A DNA stretch of 64,000 nucleotides from an uncultured Parachlamydiaceae bacterium (GCA_963801335.1 CAWDEQ010000001.1:1452237-1516236); one strand, 5' to 3'. Numbered from the stretch's first letter, positions 8,939 through 18,487 are shown. Translations and numbers: made by a program. Notes: a model not told the origin generated them from the sequence alone.

Positions 8939-9909
8939 AGGTTGACTTCCCGATAGAGCTGAGCAATGATCTCTTCAATCGGTGGGTTTTCGATGTACAG
9001 GTCGCGTATGGGATAGTTGGAAGTAATGCGGCTGATTAATGCCGTAGTGGATGTCTTTTGGGGGTTGTATTTCAGCCATGCTCGATGGCCCTCCTGTTTC
9101 AATAATACTGCCTCGGGATCGCTCACAAAGGCTTTATCATCGATTAAATCGACGATGAGGCGCCTTTCCGGAGCCATCTTCTGCCTAAACGTTTCCAAGA
9201 GTCCATCATAGTAGAGTTTTCCTTCGTTGAGTATCAGAACGCGCCGGCAAAGGGATTCGATGTCATCCATGTCATGAGTCGTTAGGATGATCGTCGTCTT
9301 GTGCTGCTGATTGAGATTTCGGATGAAATTTCTCACGGCGATCTTGCTGACGGCATCGAGTCCAATCGTGGGCTCATCCAGAAATAAGATCTTAGGCGAA
9401 TGTAGAAGAGAGGCGGCGATATCGCAGCGCATCCGTTGCCCTAAACTCAAATGCCTCACAGGAATGCTATAGAGCTTCGCTAGATCCAATGCCTCTGTCA
9501 GCTCTTCTAAAGCCCTTTGATAGGAGCCTTGTGGGATGCGATAGATCTCCTTCAAAAATTGGAAAGAATCGATGACGGGAAGATCCCAAAGGAGTTGGGT
9601 GCGCTGCCCAAAAACGACTCCGATTTGACTGACCGTTTCAATCCGGTTTTCCCAGGGGATTTTCCCTAGGACTTTGACCTCCCCCTCATTGGGGTGTAAA
9701 ATTCCGGCCAATATTTTGACGGTGGTGCTTTTTCCTGCGCCATTGGGGCCGATATAGCCGACCAGTTCCCCTTCGCAAATATCGAATGATAGATGGTCCA
9801 AAGCGGATTTGATTAGCGTCTTTCGGTTAAATAGGAATGAGAAAATACCCTTCTTCTTTTCCGAAATGCGAAAATTTTTTGTTAGATTTTTTACAGAAAT
9901 GATGTTCAT
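8935..9909 (-). CDS. ABC transporter ATP-binding protein
   Basis: Walker A GPNGAGKST, Q-loop, signature LSLGQRMR, Walker B ILFLDEPTIGLD and H-loop LTTHDMDD. It has a C-terminal extension typical of ABC-2 ATPases. Confidence 0.9.
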   Translation of the reverse strand: MNIISVKNLTKNFRISEKKKGIFSFLFNRKTLIKSALDHLSFDICEGELVGYIGPNGAGKSTTVKILAGILHPNEGEVKVLGKIPWENRIETVSQIGVVFGQRTQLLWDLPVIDSFQFLKEIYRIPQGSYQRALEELTEALDLAKLYSIPVRHLSLGQRMRCDIAASLLHSPKILFLDEPTIGLDAVSKIAVRNFIRNLNQQHKTTIILTTHDMDDIESLCRRVLILNEGKLYYDGLLETFRQKMAPERRLIVDLIDDKAFVSDPEAVLLKQEGHRAWLKYNPQKTSTTALISRITSNYPIRDLYIENPPIEEIIAQLYREVNL

Positions 9910-10028
9910 AGACTTAACACAAATAAAGTCATCATATCAAAAAACCGAAACAGATGTCAATGAAAGATTTATATTGTAGTTTTTGCTATTCTCGCCTACA
10001 ATCAACCTCGAAATAACGGAGGATTGTA

Positions 10029-11003
10029 ATGCAAATGAAGAAGTTTGGGTTACTGACATTACTGGCTCTTTCATTTTGTGCTTTGGCTCATGCCGAGTGG
10101 ACGATTAGTAATGGAAAACTCATCGATAAAAAGAAAGCGGCTACATTAACTGTCCAAGATCACTTTGGGACTGGCATGGGCGCCATGGAACATGGCGATT
10201 GGCAGGAGGCAGCCACTCAATTCACCATCATTTCCAATTCTTTTCCCAATACCTCTTATGGGCAGGATGCTTCCTATTATCTGGGCGTCTCCTACTTCCA
10301 TTTAAAGGAATTAGATTTTGCCAATGATGCCTTTACACAATATCTAAAAAGCAAGAATAATCCCCAGTTTTTCCAAGAGGCGATTGAATACAAATTTCAG
10401 ATTGCTGAAGCCTTCAAAGGCGGATCCAAAAAACGCGTGATGGGATATAAGCAACTCCCCAAATGGTCTAACGCAGACAATTTATGTGTGCAGATTTATG
10501 ACGAAGTCATTGCGGCAATGCCCTGCCATGACATTGCAGCTAGAGCCCTTTATTCAAAGGCTGGTTTTCTATGGAAAAATGGACAATATCGGGAAAGCAT
10601 CGATGCCTATCAAACTCTCATCAAGCGGTTTTCAAAACATGAACTTGCCCCGGAATCCTTTCTTTGCATCAATAAAGTCTATCTAGACCAATGCCAAAAT
10701 GAATATCAAAATCCCGATATCTTGGCCTTTTCTCAAATTAATTTGCGCAGATTCAAACAGGAATTCCCCCGAGAAGAACGCATCCACATTGCAGAAGAAG
10801 ATTGCATGCGCATCAAAGAGGTTTACGCCAAAGGCCTCTACGAAACGGGACAGTTTTATGAGAGAACGCACCATCCCCATGCCTCGATCATCTATTACAC
10901 CAATGCGATCATGCAGTTCCCTGACACGCAGGTGGCTAACCTCTGTCGAGAAAGACTGGTTTCCCTCAAGGCAGATATCCTTCCAACAAAAAACGATTCA
11001 TGA
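10029..11003 (+). CDS. Secreted TPR-repeat envelope protein, BamD/YfiO-like
   Basis: Signal peptide MQMKKFGLLTLLALSFCALAHA. It has TPR-like helices (ASYYLGVSYFHLKELDFANDAFTQYLKS, ALYSKAGFLWKNGQYRESIDAYQTLIKRF). It overlaps the start of the downstream lipoprotein gene by 4 nt. Confidence 0.5.
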   Translation: MQMKKFGLLTLLALSFCALAHAEWTISNGKLIDKKKAATLTVQDHFGTGMGAMEHGDWQEAATQFTIISNSFPNTSYGQDASYYLGVSYFHLKELDFANDAFTQYLKSKNNPQFFQEAIEYKFQIAEAFKGGSKKRVMGYKQLPKWSNADNLCVQIYDEVIAAMPCHDIAARALYSKAGFLWKNGQYRESIDAYQTLIKRFSKHELAPESFLCINKVYLDQCQNEYQNPDILAFSQINLRRFKQEFPREERIHIAEEDCMRIKEVYAKGLYETGQFYERTHHPHASIIYYTNAIMQFPDTQVANLCRERLVSLKADILPTKNDS

Positions 11004-11566
11004 TCCAATACCGTCTGCTGCTCTTCATCATAGCTGCATTGGCTCTGCTTTGCGGCTGTGGCTACCGCCTAGGTGGAGGCGGAGCCCTTTCTGAAGGATA
11101 CACAACGATCTCTATCCCCTATGCAGGAGGGGACCTCGATGGAAACCTCACTGCCGCGATCATCAAAGAAATCACTGCTACAGGGTGCTTTGAATACCGC
11201 AGGGATGGAGGCGCCTTGAGCCTGCAAGTCAAAATCCTCGATATTTATGACGAAAATATCGATTTTCGCTATGATCGGCACAAAGATGGCAGAATCAAAC
11301 AAACGATTATCCCAACAGAAACCCGCATAACAGCAGTGGCAGAAGTGGCGGTTGTCGAGATGGGTTCGGGCTGCACCCTATTAGGTCCAGCAAAGATTGC
11401 GGCGAGCGTGGATTTCGATCACGACTTTTACAAAAGCCGCAATGGAATTAACGTGTTTTCTTTAGGGCAGCTGACAGACTATGATGAGGCCCAGGATGCC
11501 GCCGAACGGCCTTTAAATATCGCTTTGGCTCGAAAAATAGCAGATTTCGTCTGCGATAGTTGGTAG
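11000..11566 (+). CDS. lptE: LptE-like LPS-assembly lipoprotein
   Basis: Lipobox-type N-terminus LALLCGCGYRLGG resembles the CGFHLRG start of LptE/RlpB. The length (188 aa) fits. It is coupled to the BamD-like gene. Confidence 0.5.
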   Translation: MIQYRLLLFIIAALALLCGCGYRLGGGGALSEGYTTISIPYAGGDLDGNLTAAIIKEITATGCFEYRRDGGALSLQVKILDIYDENIDFRYDRHKDGRIKQTIIPTETRITAVAEVAVVEMGSGCTLLGPAKIAASVDFDHDFYKSRNGINVFSLGQLTDYDEAQDAAERPLNIALARKIADFVCDSW

Positions 11567-11576
11567 GTAGGACGAA

Positions 11577-11996
11577 GTGACCAAAAGATTTCCTGCTTCG
11601 CTCGACAAGCTGTATGAGATGCTCCAGTTCATTTGTAAACAGGCTCAAGCGGTCGGCTTTGAAGGTTCTTTTGCCTCTAAAATCGAACTCGCCGCCGAAG
11701 AGGCCCTCGTCAATATTATCCATTACGGTTATCCCGAAAAAAAGGGCAATATCTCCATTAAATGCCTTCCCTTAGACCAGGGCATCAGGATCCAAATCCA
11801 AGATAAAGGAATCGCCTTCGACCCTACGGATCATGCCAAAACGATCACGTTCAACACCGAGGCGATTGGCGGGCATGGTATCCTCTTCATCCTAAAATGC
11901 ATGGACGAAGTCCAATACGAAAGAAAAAATGCGCACAATGTGCTCACGCTGGTGAAGTATAAGACACTATCTATGATGCCTTCTGAATTTCTTTGA
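11577..11996 (+). CDS. rsbW: Anti-sigma factor serine kinase, RsbW-like (HATPase_c)
   Basis: 139 aa with a GTG start. It has an N-box-like EEALVNIIHYGY and a G-box GGHGILFILKCMDEVQYE. Its position relative to dacC is the same as in Chlamydia. Confidence 0.7.
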   Translation: MTKRFPASLDKLYEMLQFICKQAQAVGFEGSFASKIELAAEEALVNIIHYGYPEKKGNISIKCLPLDQGIRIQIQDKGIAFDPTDHAKTITFNTEAIGGHGILFILKCMDEVQYERKNAHNVLTLVKYKTLSMMPSEFL

Positions 11997-12399
11997 GGGT
12001 ATCTTCGTTGTCTTGGATTTCGAAGAGGAATTTTTCTAAGACGCGCAAGACGAGGCGCGAGGTGTTATAGACTCCCGAAGTGACGAAGACGAGTTCTAGG
12101 TGAGGATGGTCATTGTGATTGATCGCAATTAGGGTGTACGTATAAGCCATGGCATCTGCCTTTTCGGGGACAATCCAAACGACGAAGTCATCATTGACCA
12201 GGGTAATTTTTTCCTGGGATTCAATGACCTGAAAATAGCGGGTAAAAGAGGGATCAGGATTAGGATTTTGATGATAATTGAGTAAATTAAATTGATGGAG
12301 GAGCTGCAAATCTACATGAATGATCGATTCAGGCGCCCAATTGGCGATTTCATTCATAAATTTCTTATAGCTTTCTTCTAATTCTTCTAAATTATGCAT
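11971..12399 (-). CDS. Hypothetical acidic protein (lineage-specific)
   Basis: 142-aa ORF between rsbW and dacC, a slot occupied by a hypothetical gene in Chlamydia. Its 3' end overlaps rsbW convergently by 26 nt. No recognisable motif. Confidence 0.5.
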   Translation of the reverse strand: MHNLEELEESYKKFMNEIANWAPESIIHVDLQLLHQFNLLNYHQNPNPDPSFTRYFQVIESQEKITLVNDDFVVWIVPEKADAMAYTYTLIAINHNDHPHLELVFVTSGVYNTSRLVLRVLEKFLFEIQDNEDTLKEIQKAS

Positions 12400-12519
12400 C
12401 CTACTACTCCATATTTATTATTTTAAATCCTTATTAGTTAGTTTTCAATTATTTATTTTATAGTTAATTAGGGATATGCAATTTCCGGGCCAAAATTCAT
12501 TTTTGGGTTTGAATTTTAA

Positions 12520-13755
12520 ATGCCTCAGTGTACAGTAATAGCCAATTTTAAGAATGAAGGTGTATCTGTGATTTCACGTGTTTTCGCCCTAGCAGGGCTC
12601 ATTCTCATTCTCGGTACAAATCTTAGTGCCGAACCTCTGAAGCTGAAGGTGAATGCCGAAGCCGCCATTTTAATGAATGCCGATACAGGACAGATTCTCT
12701 ACGAAAAAAATGCTCGGTCCCTCTACTACCCGGCGAGCATTACAAAGATTGCCACCGCTGCCTATACGTTGCAAAAAAAGGGGGGAGAACTCGATCATAT
12801 CGTGACGGCCGATCAGGAATCGATCGCTTCGATTTCGGCGGAAGCTAAGAAAAGGGCAAATTATACCCTTCCCGCTTATTGGGTGGAACAGGGGAGCAAC
12901 CATATTGGAATAAAAAAAGGGGAGGAATTGACCCTTCGCAATTTGCTCTATGGCATGATGCTCGCCTCAGGCAATGATGCCGCTAATGTCATCGCCCAAT
13001 ATACAGGCGGTACAATCCCCAATTTCGTAGCTGAAATGAATGCCTATTTGAAGGAAATAGGATGCCAAAATACGACTTTCTACAATCCGCATGGCCTTCA
13101 TCATCCGAAGCATCAAACGACGGCTTACGATATGGCGATTCTAACCAGGCATGCCTTAAAGAATCCGACCTTTTGTCAGATCGTTTCCACTGTCCGCTAT
13201 ACGCGGCCAAAAACGAATAAGCAGGAGTCGACGACACTCGTTCAATCCAACCGCCTTTTGCGCACTGGAAAATACTACTATCCAAAGGCGATTGGGGTCA
13301 AAACAGGATATACCTCGGCGGCGATGAAGACTTTTGTAGCAGCCGCTAAACAGGGGGATCGCACCTTGATAGCCGTCCTTTTAAAGTCTAGTGAAAGCAA
13401 TGCCATCTTCACCGATGCGGCGAAAATGTTCGATGTGGCTTTTAACCAGGCTTTAGTCAGGCGCACATTGCTCAAGGCGGGACCCCAGAAATTTGTCTTG
13501 GAACTTCCAGGAGCTACCAAGCCTGTCAAGACCTATCTGAAAGAGGATTTGATCGTGGAATACTATCCTGCTGAAGAGCATAAATACAAATGCTTGCTTT
13601 ACTGGGATGAGGTGACCCCTCCCATTGCTAAAGACAGCCGGATCGGACAGCTCAAACTATTGAGTGAAAACGCTAATGAGCTTCAAGTGGTGCCTCTCTA
13701 TGCCCAGGAAGAGGTCAAAACGACCTGGATTCAGTGGTTTAAAAGTTGGTATTAA
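12520..13755 (+). CDS. dacC: D-alanyl-D-alanine carboxypeptidase (PBP5/6 class)
   Basis: Has a signal/TM segment and the three penicillin-binding motifs: SxxK (ASITKIATA), SxN (ASGNDAA) and KTG (VKTGYTSAA). Confidence 0.85.
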   Translation: MPQCTVIANFKNEGVSVISRVFALAGLILILGTNLSAEPLKLKVNAEAAILMNADTGQILYEKNARSLYYPASITKIATAAYTLQKKGGELDHIVTADQESIASISAEAKKRANYTLPAYWVEQGSNHIGIKKGEELTLRNLLYGMMLASGNDAANVIAQYTGGTIPNFVAEMNAYLKEIGCQNTTFYNPHGLHHPKHQTTAYDMAILTRHALKNPTFCQIVSTVRYTRPKTNKQESTTLVQSNRLLRTGKYYYPKAIGVKTGYTSAAMKTFVAAAKQGDRTLIAVLLKSSESNAIFTDAAKMFDVAFNQALVRRTLLKAGPQKFVLELPGATKPVKTYLKEDLIVEYYPAEEHKYKCLLYWDEVTPPIAKDSRIGQLKLLSENANELQVVPLYAQEEVKTTWIQWFKSWY

Positions 13756-13816
13756 GCCTTTTAAATAGTTTTTAAATTTACCACTGAGATCAGTGAGATC
13801 AGTGGATGTGATTTTT

Positions 13817-13919
13817 GAGCCCCGTCTCCGTGTTCTCCGTGTTCTCTGTGTTCTCTGTGGTTAAATATTTTATAACCACAGAGAACACAGAGAACACGGA
13901 GAGGGGCTCGAAAAACTCA
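13817..13919. repeat. Long hairpin (about 37-bp stem) between convergent dacC and rsmA; probable bidirectional terminator or REP-like element
   Basis: The left arm is gagccccgtctccgtgttctccgtgttctctgtgttctctgtggtta. The right arm is taaccacagagaacacagagaacacggagaggggctc. The arms are built of gtgttctc-type tandem units, and the left arm has one extra unit. Confidence 0.7.
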
Positions 13920-13952
13920 GACCCGATCATTATCCAAATGGCTCAGTGATAA

Positions 13953-14795
13953 TTAAAAAACAACACGTTCAAAGAAAGAAATAAATTCCGTTAAAGACAG
14001 GTCTTCCGGGCGGGCTTGCGGATTTAATTTCAATTGCGTTAAAGCCCCCATGATTTTTTCAGGAGGATATAAGTCCTTTAACGAGGAGCGCAGCATCTTG
14101 CGGCGCTGTTCGAATGCTCTTCGCGTCATTTTGAAGAAGGCTTCTGGATCTGATACTGTGGGAGGTTTTTGCAGCTCTAAGATGACAATTGCCGAATTCA
14201 CTTTTGGGGCAGGGTAGAAGCAGTTTTTGCTGACGGTAAATCCATACTTGACCTGGCAGTGATAGTTTAGAAATAGTGTGAAGGAGCTGTAATCCTTATT
14301 GCCTGGCTTTGCCACCATCCGTTGTGCGACTTCATCCTGTACCATGACCACCAGTTCTGAAAAGATCTCATGAAGAGGAACGAGTTGCGCTAGAATGGGC
14401 GACGTGAGGTGGTAGGGGAGGTTGGCGATCACTTTTCCTTTTTGGCCACCTTTTAGAAGCCTTTTAAGGGAAGGCCCGATCGGAAATTCCATGATGTCTT
14501 GGCAAAAGATCTCCAGATGTCTATCAGGGGATTTGAGCCGTTCCAAAGCAGAAGCCAGAATGGGATCTTTTTCTACTGCAATGACGCTGGCGCCTGCGTT
14601 CAATAACTCTTCAGTGAGGGAGCCGGGACCCGGACCAATTTCCAAGACAACATCATGAGGCTGCACGTCAGAAATTTTGACGATTTTGCGAATGATATTT
14701 CCATCGATGAGAAAATTTTGAGATAAACCCTTCTTCGGGTGAATGCCGATCGAATTCAAAAAAAGGTGCAGTTCAGAGGGCTTGTATATAGGCAT
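13953..14795 (-). CDS. rsmA: 16S rRNA (adenine1518/1519-N6) dimethyltransferase
   Basis: Motifs LSQNFL, SAM motif VLEIGPGPGSLTEEL and IANLPYHLTSPIL. Confidence 0.9.
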   Translation of the reverse strand: MPIYKPSELHLFLNSIGIHPKKGLSQNFLIDGNIIRKIVKISDVQPHDVVLEIGPGPGSLTEELLNAGASVIAVEKDPILASALERLKSPDRHLEIFCQDIMEFPIGPSLKRLLKGGQKGKVIANLPYHLTSPILAQLVPLHEIFSELVVMVQDEVAQRMVAKPGNKDYSSFTLFLNYHCQVKYGFTVSKNCFYPAPKVNSAIVILELQKPPTVSDPEAFFKMTRRAFEQRRKMLRSSLKDLYPPEKIMGALTQLKLNPQARPEDLSLTEFISFFERVVF

Positions 14796-14806
14796 GGGAG
14801 GGAGTT

Positions 14807-15868
14807 CTACTTTATAGAGAAAGGCTGAAAACCTGCCGAGAGCATCTCCTTTAAGGGTCCATCCTGGATGTCAAAGTGCTTGCGCAATTTTTTCAAGTAG
14901 CTATCCGTTTCTTTTTCTGCTTCCGCGTCGATGAGTTTATCCTTGATCGTTTCAGAGACTTCCCCGAATGGGACGACGCCCCCTTGCTGCATATCCTTCA
15001 AGTAAAAGATGCGATAGACTAATGAGGAGTCGGCTTTGCTTTTTTGGGAAATGGGGCTGCCATGTTCTCCCTTATTGAGTTTAGACAGGGCCTCTTTATT
15101 AGCCTCTGAGATCTCTTTTTCGCTGTGCTTATACTCTTGTGAGACCGATAGGGTTGTGGTGGCACCCAATAGATTTTCGTCTTTCACTTTCTGCGCAAGA
15201 GTTTCAAAAGGGGTTTTTTCGTTCAAAAGGTCATGGATGAGTTTGGAAGCTTGGGCTCCGATGGCCGCATCAGGATCGCGGATGGTCATCACATAATAGG
15301 TCCATTCGCTTTGGCGCACATTGTCTTTTGCGTATTGATCATAAGCAACGCGGACGTCTTGGGGGGTGACCTGTTTGATTGCCTTTGAGTTGACCCGTAT
15401 ATACATCATGCGGCGGATGGTGATGTCGTCATGCACCAACTTCAGCGCTTCATCATAGCTCAAGCCAACCTTATCCAAATTCATAATGATATTGGGTCCG
15501 AAGATGCTCTCCATCTCTTGTCGGACGTCCCCATTGCTTACAGGGAGTTTGTTTTCCTCGGCGTCGGCTAGGATGAGTTCTTTATCGATCAGGTCTTCCA
15601 GAACGAATTTCCAATTGACCTGGTAAAATTGGAAGCGGGCTTCGGGAATCGAGGCATATTCGGGATATTGTTTATAAAACATCATGTCCATTTTCTTCAT
15701 GATGTCGATCACAGAGATCACCTTGCCATTCACCTTTGCCAGAATGCAATTGTTGACGACGACCTGCTTAGGCTCATCTTTGCCAAAAAGGAACGATTCG
15801 TTTTTGACGGCAGAAGCCTGTGATGAAAGGGTTAGGAAAAAGCAAATGAGGTAAAGTAATGTTTTCAT
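14807..15868 (-). CDS. Secreted SurA-like periplasmic chaperone
   Basis: Signal peptide MKTLLYLICFFLTLSSQASA. The N-terminal region (ILAKVNGKVISVIDIMKKMD) resembles the SurA N-domain. No clear parvulin signature was seen. Confidence 0.4.
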   Translation of the reverse strand: MKTLLYLICFFLTLSSQASAVKNESFLFGKDEPKQVVVNNCILAKVNGKVISVIDIMKKMDMMFYKQYPEYASIPEARFQFYQVNWKFVLEDLIDKELILADAEENKLPVSNGDVRQEMESIFGPNIIMNLDKVGLSYDEALKLVHDDITIRRMMYIRVNSKAIKQVTPQDVRVAYDQYAKDNVRQSEWTYYVMTIRDPDAAIGAQASKLIHDLLNEKTPFETLAQKVKDENLLGATTTLSVSQEYKHSEKEISEANKEALSKLNKGEHGSPISQKSKADSSLVYRIFYLKDMQQGGVVPFGEVSETIKDKLIDAEAEKETDSYLKKLRKHFDIQDGPLKEMLSAGFQPFSIK

Positions 15869-15875
15869 AGCTCAC

Positions 15876-17024
15876 TTATGATAAATCAGGAATTCGTTTT
15901 AATACAACTCCAAAGAAGCCATCCATGCCGTCCTGTTTAGGAATACTTTGAAAAATGTCCCCTTCCACTTCGAGGCCATAGGTTTTGATAAAATGTTCCA
16001 GCTGCTGCTGGTTTTCTTCCTTCAAAAGGCTGCAGGTGCCATAGACGATCCGCCCTTCAGGATGCATATAACTTAAAGCCTTCTCAAAAATGACCCTTTG
16101 CTGACTTACGAGCCTTTTTAGGCTTTCTGAGGTAAACTTCCATTTCATATCGGGATTGCGCCTGAGCGTCCCAGTACCGGAACAGGGAACGTCGACGAGA
16201 ACCCAATTCATCTTCTTTTTCAATTTCTTCAGTTTTGGGTCCTCCTCTTGGACGATTTGCGCATTTTGAATGCCGGCTCGCTTCAACCGTTTGCGGCTTT
16301 CCTCGAGGATATGTGGGCGCACATCGTGCAGATAGATCTGCCCTTTATTCTGCATGCTAGGTGCAAAGGCTAAGGTTTTGCCTCCGGAGCCTGAGCAGTA
16401 GTCCATCACCTGTTCTCCTGGAAGCGCTTTCACCATCAGCGCCAAGAGCTGGCTTCCCTCATCCTGCACTTCAAAAAGACCCTCTTTGAATTCTGGCAGC
16501 GTGAAAAAATTCACCTTTTTCAGAAAGACAATGCCATAGGGAGAAAATTCACAGGGGGAGATAGAATGCGTATCCTGCCACATTTCGATGAGATCTTCTC
16601 GAGTGAACTTGAGAGGATTCACCCGGATGGTTGTAGGGGCGGGAAAGTTGGAAGCGCGGCAGATGTCGGTAGCCGCTTGCAATCTGTGGCTTTTGACAAT
16701 GAGCTCGAACAGCTCTTCGGGAAAGCTCAAACGGATGTGAAGAGGAATATCTTCGCGGCTTTTCGCTTCTTCTAAGAGGGTTGTATCGCGGTAGACTTCC
16801 AGCCGCCTTTCCCAAGAGTGGGGTTCTCCTGCGAGATAATCGATGAGGCCGAGCCACCGCACCAGGGCATAGACGGCTTCCGCGATATAGGCACGGTCTT
16901 TCGATCCCAATGCTGAGTGGGCGCGGAAGTAGTCGCTGATCGCTCGATCTAATGGCAGCTGCTGCTTTTCATAATCAGCTAAAAGATTGAGGAGATGATG
17001 TTCGCGAAATGGCTTTTGATTCAT
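15876..17024 (-). CDS. rsmB: rRNA m5C methyltransferase, RsmB/Sun (NOL1/NOP2) family
   Basis: SAM motif MDYCSGSGGKT and catalytic motifs VLVDVPCSGTGTLRRNPD and YGTCSLLKEEN. The ATG at 17024 is preferred over the TTG at 17045. Confidence 0.8.
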   Translation of the reverse strand: MNQKPFREHHLLNLLADYEKQQLPLDRAISDYFRAHSALGSKDRAYIAEAVYALVRWLGLIDYLAGEPHSWERRLEVYRDTTLLEEAKSREDIPLHIRLSFPEELFELIVKSHRLQAATDICRASNFPAPTTIRVNPLKFTREDLIEMWQDTHSISPCEFSPYGIVFLKKVNFFTLPEFKEGLFEVQDEGSQLLALMVKALPGEQVMDYCSGSGGKTLAFAPSMQNKGQIYLHDVRPHILEESRKRLKRAGIQNAQIVQEEDPKLKKLKKKMNWVLVDVPCSGTGTLRRNPDMKWKFTSESLKRLVSQQRVIFEKALSYMHPEGRIVYGTCSLLKEENQQQLEHFIKTYGLEVEGDIFQSIPKQDGMDGFFGVVLKRIPDLS

Positions 17025-17119
17025 GATCACATCCACTTTATTCAAATTTTGCTTTCTTTCATATGAATTTTTGAGTTAAAAGGGATGTAGTGAAATCCGA
17101 CACTACTTAAGGAGTTTTT

Positions 17120-17542
17120 ATGCAATCTTTTTGTACTTTTCTCATGTTCTTAGGACGCTTGTGCATCGGCGCCATATTCCTCTTTGCAGGAATCAGCAAA
17201 GTTTTGATGTATGACTATTATTCGAAATACATGGCCTCCAATGAGAATGCCGTGAATTTGCTCTCAGGACATAACGAATATATACCCTTCTTTTTGGTTC
17301 TCGCAGCTATCATCGAGATTGTCTGCGCCATCTCACTCATCCTCGGTTGGAAGGTCCGTTGGAGCGCAACGATTTTGTTCTTTTTCCTAATTCCTGTGAC
17401 ATTCTTTTTCCACGACTTCTGGAATTTGAGCGGTCCTGCACGCGATCTTCAGCTCTGGATGTTTTTAAAGAATATCGCCATCGAAGGCGGCCTTCTTTAC
17501 ATTATAGGGGCTGGCGCTGGCTGGGGTACAGCTAAAGAATAG
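17120..17542 (+). CDS. DoxX family membrane protein
   Basis: 140 aa with four TM helices. It has a DoxX-like N-terminus (LGRLCIGAIFLFAGISKV) and a FLKNIAIEGGLLYI segment. Confidence 0.6.
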   Translation: MQSFCTFLMFLGRLCIGAIFLFAGISKVLMYDYYSKYMASNENAVNLLSGHNEYIPFFLVLAAIIEIVCAISLILGWKVRWSATILFFFLIPVTFFFHDFWNLSGPARDLQLWMFLKNIAIEGGLLYIIGAGAGWGTAKE

Positions 17543-17567
17543 GGCTAAGAGACAATTGTAAAAATAC

Positions 17568-17793
17568 CTGAGGCTTGCGAATCCCAGGGCCGAAGGCCTG
17601 GCAGTTGTATAGCCCAGGCCGTAAGGCCTGGGTTACGAGGACGTTAGAAGATGAGGACTGAAGGTCCGACACAAATGTGTCCCATATTAGTGCCGGACCT
17701 TCGGTCCTCTTCTTTATGGCCATCTTAACCCAGGCCTTGCGGCCTGGGCTATACAACTGCCGGGCCTTCGGCCCTGGGTTTCGTAAGCCTCAG
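17568..17793. repeat. 226-bp nested palindromic element between convergent genes
   Basis: 68-bp arms at 17568-17635 and 17726-17793 are near-perfect reverse complements. An inner inverted repeat lies at 17647-17668 and 17694-17712. Each arm also contains local GC hairpins such as cccaggcc-gtaa-ggcctggg and gggcc-ttcg-gccc. Confidence 0.8.
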
Positions 17794-17836
17794 TATCCAT
17801 TCTTAAGCGTTATTTTCAGATAAACACCGCACTGCC

Positions 17837-18487
17837 TTAGAGAGCCGGCAGTATTTTCATTAATCCTGTATACTCCAAGTTCCGAATATTGGTCTTATCC
17901 ATTTCTTCCATCATGTAGAAATGCAAGTCTCTGATCGTCTCAACTGGTTGGTTTTTAGCGTCGATCATTAGCACCTTGTCGTCCTTGCCCAGCGATTGAG
18001 TTTCTACTCGATTGTGCAGGAGTTGGTAGTATTCATCCCATTTTGTTTGGAGCGTAATAATCTGGAATGGCAATAATATCGGCAATGCAAGGAGTGAAAT
18101 GATAGTTCCTAGAATGCGAAGAGGAATAGAGGGTTTTTCCTTCTTATACGCAAAATCGATGCCTAGATCCGAAGGATCGCCCCGAACAGACCGATACGTA
18201 TAGCCTCCAAATGCCCATCTGAAAGGAGTATTGATGATATCCACAATTCGATCTTTTAAAGGTTGATTCTTCCGCTCTATGACGTCGAAACATAAACCTA
18301 TATTATAAGATAAAGTCGATTTATCGACGGCGCGGTAGGCATGAGCCGCTACATTAAATAAAGGGTCAAATTGATGATCAATCACAACAATATTCTTGCC
18401 GCGGATTAACCCCTTAACTTGTTCCCGTTGAATTTCATTATTTTTAATAATCGAACTGTTTGATAAATTAGAAACATGTGCTGACAT
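17837..18487 (-). CDS. Hypothetical membrane-anchored protein (lineage-specific)
   Basis: 216-aa ORF with one clear TM segment (IPLRILGTIISLLALPILLPFQIITL). No recognisable catalytic motif. Confidence 0.5.
   Translation of the reverse strand: MSAHVSNLSNSSIIKNNEIQREQVKGLIRGKNIVVIDHQFDPLFNVAAHAYRAVDKSTLSYNIGLCFDVIERKNQPLKDRIVDIINTPFRWAFGGYTYRSVRGDPSDLGIDFAYKKEKPSIPLRILGTIISLLALPILLPFQIITLQTKWDEYYQLLHNRVETQSLGKDDKVLMIDAKNQPVETIRDLHFYMMEEMDKTNIRNLEYTGLMKILPAL

Noticed and set aside
11971-11996. 26-nt convergent 3' overlap of rsbW and the 142-aa hypothetical gene, considered as a regulatory antisense arrangement.
   Set aside because: It may simply reflect compact gene packing. Nothing in the sequence (no extra structure or motif) supports a special mechanism.
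13782-13919. Short tandem units (cagtgagat, gtgttctc) considered as a possible CRISPR array.
   Set aside because: The units are 8-9 bp with no spacers, number only 2-4, and form the two arms of a palindrome. No cas genes are nearby.
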